From Rhodothermales bacterium (GTDB lineage Bacteria; Bacteroidota; Rhodothermia; Rhodothermales; VXPQ01), in NCBI GenBank assembly GCA_040904565.1, contig JBBDTI010000005.1, forward strand, positions 1-13,015: a stretch of 13,015 bases of DNA, given 5' to 3'. A program made the translations under genes and the position numbers. Shown here in pieces: positions 6,447 through 13,015 of the stretch (its first letter is position 1; each line of letters begins with the position of its first letter). Below the pieces are notes generated by a model. That model did not search any database, was not told where the DNA came from, and was given only the letters and a program-made list of their open reading frames with translations.

Positions 6447-8803
6447 CGAATATCCAGCTGGAGTCCAACCGACGGAATGACCGGCAGCTGGTCGACCCGC
6501 TCGAACGTGAATGCATCGTAATAGAAGATATTCCGGCGGTCGTAGACGTTCATGACGCTCGCCTGCACGGTCAACTCCCCGCCCCTCACCTCAAAGGAAC
6601 GGCTCGCCGTGACATCGAGGCGGTGGTAGGAGGGCATGCGCCCCCGATAGGGCTCCTCGTAGAGCACGCGGCGCGAGCGCGGCTGTTCGAAGACGTCGTG
6701 GACGTCGTCGATGGGGATGAAGCCGTCGAAGCCGCGCGGGCGCGTAAACGGCAGGCCGGATCCGTACGCCCAGCGCACGCCGACGTCGACCCCGGCCAGC
6801 GACGCGCTCAGCAGCGCATCGACCTGATGGCGACGGTCGTGCGGCGGAGGGAAACGGAGCCGTTCGGTACCGTACCACACCCTGTTGGCCGGCGATCTCG
6901 ACGCGTACCGCGTCGACGAAAAGGCGTACGTGAGGTAGCCATAGAACGGCCCCTGCTCCACCTCCACCCGGGTTTCGAATCCGCCCGAGCGGCCCGAGGC
7001 CGGATGTAGATTCGTCGACAGCTGCGGCAGGGCCGTAATTTCGGGAAAGAAGAGGTCGGCCACGTCCTTGTAGAACCCCTCGACGGACACGTTCAGCCAG
7101 TCCGTCGGCGTGCCGTGATAACCCAGAATACCGTGATAGGAGCGGGCTATGCGCCCGCGAACGAGGTTGTCGACAAAGACGATGCGAGAACCGCCGGGCG
7201 TTTCCGGGTCGGGAAGGCGAACGAATGGAATGTCCCCGAAATCGCGGCGCAGGCTCGTCCACGCCGTGAACACGCTGGCCGCGTCGCGCCGGTCGTTCAC
7301 GCCGACGAGTTCCTGTTGATACATGCCGGCCGCGGCCGTAAGCCGGTGGGTACCGCGCGACCACGTCGCCCGGATCCGCGGCTCCACGTAGGGATCCAGT
7401 CGGACGCCGAAGAACTGGAGCCGGGCCCCGGCCTGCAGCTCCAGTGCGGGACTGACCTCCACGTTCCAGTCTCCGTAGAACGCACCCGGAGCGGAAAGCC
7501 GGTTATCTGCCGCCACGTTCTGGTACAGTCCGGTGAGATCGGTTTCCAGATACGTAAACACAGCTTCCCACCCGGCCTGAAAATCGATCCGGCGTCCCGG
7601 AAAGTACGCGTCCAGGGCAAAGCGCGTGCTCCGCACCGACGACGAGCGCGTCGGATCGCCGGAAGGGCCGAGCGTCGACGTCAGCCGGGAATGCGAGATG
7701 TACACGTTGGCCAGCAGGGGATAAAAGCGCGGGAGGAGGAGCGACTGGATCCCGAACGCCTCGTTGCGCTGCTGGATAACCTGCGGCGCTGAGCTGCCGG
7801 TGGCCTCTCCGACCGTCCCGCGTTCGTGACTCCGCATCGCCGTCACGGACACCTCGTATTCGGGATTGACGCGCGCGTGAATCTTGCCGTAGGCGTTCCC
7901 GAACTGAAAGGGCACGTCCCGCGCGAGATACCGCTGGGCACCGTGCTCGATGACGGACTCGCGTCCGGCGAATAAATAGGATACCCGTCCCGGAAAGATG
8001 GGCCCCTCGATGCGCGCACTGGTCGTGAACGGCGACACGCTCGCCATCCCCTCGTGCCGCCGGTTGTTGCCGTTTCGGGTCGATACGTCGATGACGGACG
8101 AGAGCCGCGTGCCGTACCGGCTCGGAAAGCCGCCCGCGTAAAACTCGACCCGATTCAGAATATTGGTCGGAAAGACCGAATAATAACCGAGCAGGTGGAA
8201 CGGCTGATACACGTGCATCCCGTCGACCAGGACCAGATTCTGTGACGGCTCACCGCCGCGCACGAAGAATCGTCCGCCCTGATCCCCCATCGACACCACG
8301 CCGGGGAGGCTCGAGAGATAGGAAGCCAGGTCGCCGGAGATGTCCAGCGAAGGAATTCGGTCGACGTCCTCCGGTCGAATCGTCTGCCATCCGGCGCGGA
8401 CGTCCGTCATGCCGCCCCCCCGCTCTTCCTCTATGACGACGCCATCCATCTCCTCCGTCCGCGGGCGCAGCTCGAGGGAGAGGCTCCGTATGTCATAGGC
8501 GGCGAAGCTCAGCGTATCCCGGAACGGGACGAATCCGACGAACGATATCTCGAACAGGTAGCGTCCCGGCTCGATGCGGCTGACGAGATACACGCCGTCC
8601 GAATTCGTGACGGCGCCGTACGCCGGCACGTCGGCCACGCTATCGGCCGAGATTTCGTAGAGGGCCACCGTCGCGCCCCCGAGCTCGCGGCCGTCCGCCT
8701 CGTCCGTCACGAACCCGCGTATCGCAGCGGTCTGCGCGGACGCGTCCGCCGCGCAGAGAGACAGCAGCGTCAACAGAGCCAGATACGCGGATAACCGTGG
8801 CAC
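6443..8803 (-). CDS. TonB-dependent outer-membrane receptor with N-terminal carboxypeptidase-regulatory-like domain
   Basis: Likely start is GTG 8803, giving signal peptide ...CAADASA|Q; the ORF extends to 8965. IRGFVTD...GATV...TNSDGVY...ISFVGF domain; plug LPGV...VRGGEPSQNLVLVDG...GGFPSRYGTRLSSVIDV; barrel end RMPSYHRLD...NVYDRRN...QLPVIPSVG. Confidence 0.93.
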   Translation of the reverse strand: MPRLSAYLALLTLLSLCAADASAQTAAIRGFVTDEADGRELGGATVALYEISADSVADVPAYGAVTNSDGVYLVSRIEPGRYLFEISFVGFVPFRDTLSFAAYDIRSLSLELRPRTEEMDGVVIEEERGGGMTDVRAGWQTIRPEDVDRIPSLDISGDLASYLSSLPGVVSMGDQGGRFFVRGGEPSQNLVLVDGMHVYQPFHLLGYYSVFPTNILNRVEFYAGGFPSRYGTRLSSVIDVSTRNGNNRRHEGMASVSPFTTSARIEGPIFPGRVSYLFAGRESVIEHGAQRYLARDVPFQFGNAYGKIHARVNPEYEVSVTAMRSHERGTVGEATGSSAPQVIQQRNEAFGIQSLLLPRFYPLLANVYISHSRLTSTLGPSGDPTRSSSVRSTRFALDAYFPGRRIDFQAGWEAVFTYLETDLTGLYQNVAADNRLSAPGAFYGDWNVEVSPALELQAGARLQFFGVRLDPYVEPRIRATWSRGTHRLTAAAGMYQQELVGVNDRRDAASVFTAWTSLRRDFGDIPFVRLPDPETPGGSRIVFVDNLVRGRIARSYHGILGYHGTPTDWLNVSVEGFYKDVADLFFPEITALPQLSTNLHPASGRSGGFETRVEVEQGPFYGYLTYAFSSTRYASRSPANRVWYGTERLRFPPPHDRRHQVDALLSASLAGVDVGVRWAYGSGLPFTRPRGFDGFIPIDDVHDVFEQPRSRRVLYEEPYRGRMPSYHRLDVTASRSFEVRGGELTVQASVMNVYDRRNIFYYDAFTFERVDQLPVIPSVGLQLDIR

Positions 8804-9499
8804 GAATCGAACGACGAATCGGTTGGATAAGGTGGACCTGCCGGCTCTCGGAAGGTACTCAGCGGCGCAATGACAAATGTAGCACGCACGACGAACGATA
8901 GAACCGGACGGCGTGCTAACCATTTGACACGAGCGTCGCATACATAGAGTTCTGTCGTCACTCATCTTTCCGACGTCTCATACCGCGCGGCCTCGCCCCG
9001 CACCTCGAATCGCCCCGCGTCCACGAGCGCATATCGTCCAACCCGTGTACGTGCACCGGGGCAGCCTTCAAGGCGGAGCGGCACGCCCTGGGCGCGCCGT
9101 GCGCCGGCGACTCAACGTCCAGAAGTGTCCACACATCACTACACCGGTCGGTACGCTTGCGTCGTATCGTACCCGGTACGACGTCGGGGGTCCGCTCCGG
9201 CGTTCGATAGCACGATCTCTACCATTGTCAGGAATCGTTTAAACCCGTTTACGCGACAGCAACTACCGCCCGATCCAGTGTATAGCGGGATCAGAGCATG
9301 GGCCAAGAGGGCGGGAAGACCCCCGGCGCGGCGCGTCCGCGATCGGCCTTATGGGCTCGCTCGATGATGCCGCAACGTTGCCTCATGGCATGAACCTTGA
9401 AATAGGTGCATGCCGGCAATCCTGGCTTGCACATCGGAGCAGGAATCGGCCCTGGCGCTGCTCCCGTTCATACATAACCTCACAGGAGGGCATCCAGTC

Positions 9500-10186
9500 A
9501 TGGTATCGCTACAACGATTCAACAAGGGGATGGCCCTGTCGCTGTCCGCCGTTCTGCTGCTCGCGATGAGCGTCTCGGGTTGCTCGAGCTTGAGCAGGAC
9601 GCAAAAGGGCGGCGCGGTCGGCGCCGGCGCCGGTGCCGTCATCGGCGGCATCGTCGGAAGCAAGTACGGCGGCACGGCAAAGGGCGCGATTATCGGTGCG
9701 GCGGTCGGAGGAACGGCCGGTGCGATCATCGGCAGGCAGATGGACAAGCAGGCCGAGGAGCTCGAGGAGAACCTCGATGGTGCCGAGGTTGACCGCGTCG
9801 GCGAAGGCATCGCGGTGAGATTCGACAACAGCTTGCTGTTCGACTTCGATTCGGCCCAGCTCAGATCCCCCGCCCGCGATGAGCTCGGCCAACTAGCGAC
9901 GAATCTGCGGGAATACGCGAATACGGACATCGTCGTCATTGGACATACCGACGCCGTGGGCGCCGACACCTACAACATGGAACTCTCCGAGCGCCGAGCG
10001 AGCGCCGCCGCGGAGGACCTGATGAGCCAGGGCGTCGCGCCGAGGCGGATTACCACCGTCGGCAAGGGTGAGCTCGAGCCCATCGCTTCGAACGACACGG
10101 AGGCCGGCCGGCAACAAAATCGACGCGTCGAAGTCGCGATCTACGCCAGCGAGGAGTATCGTGAAGACGTCGCTTCGAGAAATTAG
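9500..10186 (+). CDS. OmpA-family lipoprotein with glycine zipper (YiaD-like)
   Basis: AGGAGG RBS at 9484-9489 before ATG 9500. Lipobox VSG|C, glycine zipper GAVGAGAGAVIGG...GAAVGGTAGAIIG, and OmpA C-terminal motifs LFDFDSA, GHTD, NMELSERRA, GRQQNRRVEV. Confidence 0.95.
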   Translation: MVSLQRFNKGMALSLSAVLLLAMSVSGCSSLSRTQKGGAVGAGAGAVIGGIVGSKYGGTAKGAIIGAAVGGTAGAIIGRQMDKQAEELEENLDGAEVDRVGEGIAVRFDNSLLFDFDSAQLRSPARDELGQLATNLREYANTDIVVIGHTDAVGADTYNMELSERRASAAAEDLMSQGVAPRRITTVGKGELEPIASNDTEAGRQQNRRVEVAIYASEEYREDVASRN

Positions 10187-10214
10187 GCTCGGGTGAGACG
10201 TTTAGGTTCCCATG

Positions 10215-10258
10215 GAAGGACCGTTCTCGGCGTAACGCCGGGGGCGGTCTTTCTTATT
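10215..10258 (+). terminator. Intrinsic terminator-like hairpin after the OmpA-family gene
   Basis: GAAGGACCGTTCTCGGCG-TAA-CGCCGGGGGCGGTCTTTC pairs over 18 bp with G-U wobbles on the + transcript and ends in a T-rich tract (TCTTTCTTATT). Confidence 0.7.
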
Positions 10259-10391
10259 GAAACAGGCGCCACCGATCGACTACGGGGTCCCGCGGCACAG
10301 GGGAACATGTCGCAGGGCGAGCACCAGACCCACCGGCTCACGATACCCCGCCGGCTCACGACATCCGACGCCGACACGGCTACTCCAGGCT

Positions 10392-11186
10392 TCAATCTCC
10401 GGTGGCGCCCAAATGTGCGTAATCGGTCCAGTCGACGGCTTCGAAGATGGCTGCCGCCAGACCCGTATCGCGCCCCAGGTAGCTCCCCGGGACCTGGTAC
10501 TCCGCGAGCGCGTCACCCAGCGACTGCATGGGTGCGAAGGCGTCGGTGAGCGCCTGCGTCTCCGGTTGGCCCGTCGGGAAATAGTCCTCTCGGCGCTCGA
10601 TCGTATCGAAGGTAAAAATAAGGATGTGCTCGCCCTCTTCGCCGCCTTCGACGCCCCGGTAATAGAGCAGACGCATACCGGGCGCCCGGTCCTGGAACGT
10701 GGGATAGATCGAGTCCGCGACGAACGAGGCGAACTCGTCTGCTCGTTCGGGACGGATCTGTACCCGGTGGATCCCTAGCAGCTCCACGGAGGGCAACGAA
10801 CCGGCCGATTCGGCCCCGACGAGGGCGTACTCCGTGTACGAGGAGGGATCAGCGAGGCCGCCGGAGAGTCCGGATGCCTCCAGCGCGTCAGCGGTCACGT
10901 CACGGAGCCGCGCGCCGTTCCAGGCAAGTAGATATTCCCCCTCGTGCTCGCCTCGATCTGCCTGAAAGGCATGGAGCGGCATCGAGGCATGTTCGGCGTT
11001 CCACGCCGGGACGACGTCCGTGCGCAGGACGTCGGCGAAGGAGTCGTCCGCCGGCGTCGAGCTACCCAGGATGATAGAGGGCGCGAGCGGCAGGTTCCGC
11101 GGATTCTCCATGGCGGGCGCCGAGCATCCGGCGGAGATCAAGCAGAGAAGCGCGATCAGTGTGATTACAACGCGTCGGCCGGGCAT
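10392..11186 (-). CDS. Hypothetical lipoprotein with two similar alpha/beta (NIPSNAP/dimeric barrel-like) domains
   Basis: Likely start ATG 11186 preceded by GAGGTG. Signal MPGRRVVITLIALLCLISAG|C. Internal similarity between LHAFQADRGEHEGEYLLAW...YTEY and LLYYRGVEGGEEGEHILIF...WTDY. The fold call is inference. Confidence 0.75.
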   Translation of the reverse strand: MPGRRVVITLIALLCLISAGCSAPAMENPRNLPLAPSIILGSSTPADDSFADVLRTDVVPAWNAEHASMPLHAFQADRGEHEGEYLLAWNGARLRDVTADALEASGLSGGLADPSSYTEYALVGAESAGSLPSVELLGIHRVQIRPERADEFASFVADSIYPTFQDRAPGMRLLYYRGVEGGEEGEHILIFTFDTIERREDYFPTGQPETQALTDAFAPMQSLGDALAEYQVPGSYLGRDTGLAAAIFEAVDWTDYAHLGATGD

Positions 11187-11240
11187 GGTCACCTCGCATG
11201 CGGTTCTTGTGGGATGCAACCGTTCGAACGACCACGTACC

Positions 11241-11270
11241 GATACGCCGGGAATGATACGCCGGGAATGA
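11241..11270. repeat. Perfect 14-bp tandem duplication
   Basis: GATACGCCGGGAAT x2 followed by GA. Confidence 0.9.
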
Positions 11271-11585
11271 CCACGCCATACACGGAGCGCACACCCGATC
11301 GGCCAGATTCTCGAAACCCCGGATTCTCGAAAGCATAGTAAGGCGTTTTACACGAAATTCACTCGTCTTCGTTCCTGTGATTGTGACCGGCTGCTAGCCG
11401 AATAGGATCACATTTCGTACGTACGGCGGCCGTGTCCGTACGGCCCCTGGCACAGTTCGCGCAGCCACAGCAATGGATCGACGAAGTGCGGCGGACGCGA
11501 GACGCCCTAACCATTTGGCGTGACGTACGTATACAAAGTGTTATCCCATTACTGCTCCTTGCCCTGCCAAGCACCTGCCCGACGA

Positions 11586-11621
11586 CACATGCCCACCGAC
11601 CCCCACATGCCCACCGACCCC
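11586..11621. repeat. Perfect 18-bp tandem duplication spanning a start codon
   Basis: CACATGCCCACCGACCCC x2, with ATGs at 11589 and 11607. Confidence 0.9.
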
Positions 11622-11852
11622 AACGACCACCTCGAAACCGGCCGCCGCATCCTCCAGCGCATGGCGGCGAGCCCGTGCGAGTTCGTCGAAGTCGCCTTCG
11701 AGGCTGAAAAGCACGCCGTCGAAGCATCGGGCGCCGAGCGCTCCGAACTCAGGGCGGCCGTGCAGACGATCGACAACGCCGATGGCTGGACCGACAGGCA
11801 GCGCGACGCCTTCGTCAGCTACGTACAGTACCTGGACGAACACATGTCGTAG
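11589..11852 (+). CDS. Small acidic helical hypothetical protein (81-87 aa)
   Basis: MPTDPHMPTDPNDHLETGRRILQRMAASPCEFVEVAFEAEKHAVEASGAERSELRAAVQTIDNADGWTDRQRDAFVSYVQYLDEHMS. Strong G/C third-position bias like the neighbouring genes. No family recognised. Confidence 0.65.
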   Translation: MPTDPHMPTDPNDHLETGRRILQRMAASPCEFVEVAFEAEKHAVEASGAERSELRAAVQTIDNADGWTDRQRDAFVSYVQYLDEHMS

Positions 11853-12164
11853 CGGCTCGCAGCGGCCGCGCGGACGTACCCCTCATTTCGCCGGGGCTCC
11901 GCACAGGGAAGAAGCTTCCCGTCAGCCAAGGCATTCCGCCACTCCTCCCGGCACCAATATTTTCGTACCACGCGCCAAAGCCGCAACTTCTTGCGCAGCC
12001 GTCGTAACAGCGTCACTATCAACGGAGCGCATCGCAACAGCATCGGCGCTTGTTCAATCGCGTTCTGTGGCACGTAGCACGCGCACCGCATCCAGCCGCC
12101 ACGTTCCACGCCCGCGGCATCGCGGGATCCTCTACCCCGAATCGCCCTCGACAGGGCTACTTCC

Positions 12165-13015
12165 ATGCGCCTCGCCGCTACGCCCGCACGCCTGCTCCTC
12201 ATGCTGAGCGTCCTTCTAACATCGACCGCGGCCGGACAGTCCGCCGACCACACCACCTCAGCGCCCGTCACCCTCCTCGACCAGGCCGTCGCCTACATGT
12301 TCGACGGCACGTGGCAGCCGTCCGAACGCACGTTATTTACCTACGACGACGGCCACCGCATCGAAGCGGCCGTGCAGGCATGGGAAAACGGCGCGTGGGC
12401 GCCGCAATCCCGCCTCTACGTTTCCGGCGCCGGCTCGACCCACTCGCTGAGCTCAGCCGAACAATGGGACCCCCTGCTCAACGGCTACGTGTCCGTCGAG
12501 ACGACCGAGCGCAGCTATGTCTACGACTGGGCGACGGGTGCGCGCCTCCCCACGTCCGAACTGATCAAGACGCGCGTCGACGGCGAGCTCGTGAACTTCG
12601 AACGTACCACCTATGACATCAACGAGCAGTTCGACATCGTCGGATCGCGCATGGAGCGGTGGGACGGCGCGGGCTGGTTCAACGTCGAACGCGACGTCCT
12701 GACCGAGGAAACCGCCGGCGTCGTACAGACGACCCTCCTATGGAACGGATCGGAATGGGTATTCGACGAGCGGACGACCTATCCCGTCGCAACCATCAAG
12801 GAGCTCTACGCGGCGTCGCTCGCGGTGGAGACGGCCCTGACCGACTTCGAGGGGCTCCTCTACGGACTCCACCTCATGCCTGCGTCGACGACGCAGTCGT
12901 GGGAGGGCGGCGCGTGGGTGAACGCGTCGCGCGACACCCGCTACTACGAGCTGTTTACGGGCCGGCCGATGCGCACGACATACGAGGAATGGTCCGGCGA
13001 CGCGTGGACGCCCGT
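12165..13015 (+). CDS. Secreted Trp/Tyr repeat protein (DUF3836-like repeats, possible T9SS cargo); 3' end beyond the right edge
   Basis: Manually translated, not in the ORF track: MRLAATPARLLLMLSVLLTSTAAG|QSAD... with repeats FDGTWQPSERTLFTYD, WENGAWAPQSR, WDGAGWFNVER, WNGSEWVFDERTTY, WEGGAWVNASR and WSGDAW. Open to the window end. Confidence 0.85.
   Translation, partial: MRLAATPARLLLMLSVLLTSTAAGQSADHTTSAPVTLLDQAVAYMFDGTWQPSERTLFTYDDGHRIEAAVQAWENGAWAPQSRLYVSGAGSTHSLSSAEQWDPLLNGYVSVETTERSYVYDWATGARLPTSELIKTRVDGELVNFERTTYDINEQFDIVGSRMERWDGAGWFNVERDVLTEETAGVVQTTLLWNGSEWVFDERTTYPVATIKELYAASLAVETALTDFEGLLYGLHLMPASTTQSWEGGAWVNASRDTRYYELFTGRPMRTTYEEWSGDAWTP

Noticed and set aside
8872-8896. GACAAAT/GACGAAC pair as a second LytTR operator
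   Set aside because: Only two weak copies with an 18-bp period, not matching the 20-bp period at 4406-4455.
8804-8965. N-terminal 54-aa extension of the TonB receptor from ATG 8965
   Set aside because: Cys/Arg-rich, unprotein-like sequence preceding a good signal peptide that starts at GTG 8803.
8804-9400. Cobalamin or other riboswitch upstream of the TonB receptor
   Set aside because: No GCCACTG / GGGAAG-type conserved boxes found on the minus strand by eye.
11241-11621. CRISPR array
   Set aside because: Repeats are 11-18 bp, only two copies each, without unique spacers; no cas genes.
2244-12616. Long alternative ORFs (e.g. 2244..2894, 3559..4371, 6591..7364, 7115..7792, 9349..9969, 12050..12616)
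   Set aside because: Typical high-GC antisense or off-frame shadows overlapping well-supported genes.

Overview
High-GC bacterial window whose gene content and signal-peptide style (Gln at +1 after cleavage, TonB receptor plus partner lipoprotein, W..W..R..Y repeat protein) suggest Rhodothermota/Bacteroidota; the taxonomy is inference. The left ~1.6 kb looks like an AT-richer accessory relic. It holds a secreted hypothetical gene (minus strand, runs off the left edge), a 121-bp integron attC-like site with a mutated GTT core, and a type II antitoxin plus RelE/ParE-like toxin pair whose toxin has an in-frame TGA. Next is a LytS-type sensor with an intact His box but no recognisable ATP-binding motifs, and a LytTR regulator. 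These two flank an oppositely oriented, apparently exported agmatine/peptidylarginine deiminase preceded by three 20-bp-period direct repeats. The rest is a TonB-dependent receptor plus lipoprotein operon, an OmpA-family lipoprotein with terminator, a duplicated-domain lipoprotein, a small hypothetical protein and the 5' part of a secreted Trp-rich repeat protein. Three coding regions (1-710, 1256-1510, 12165-end) are absent from the supplied ORF track.
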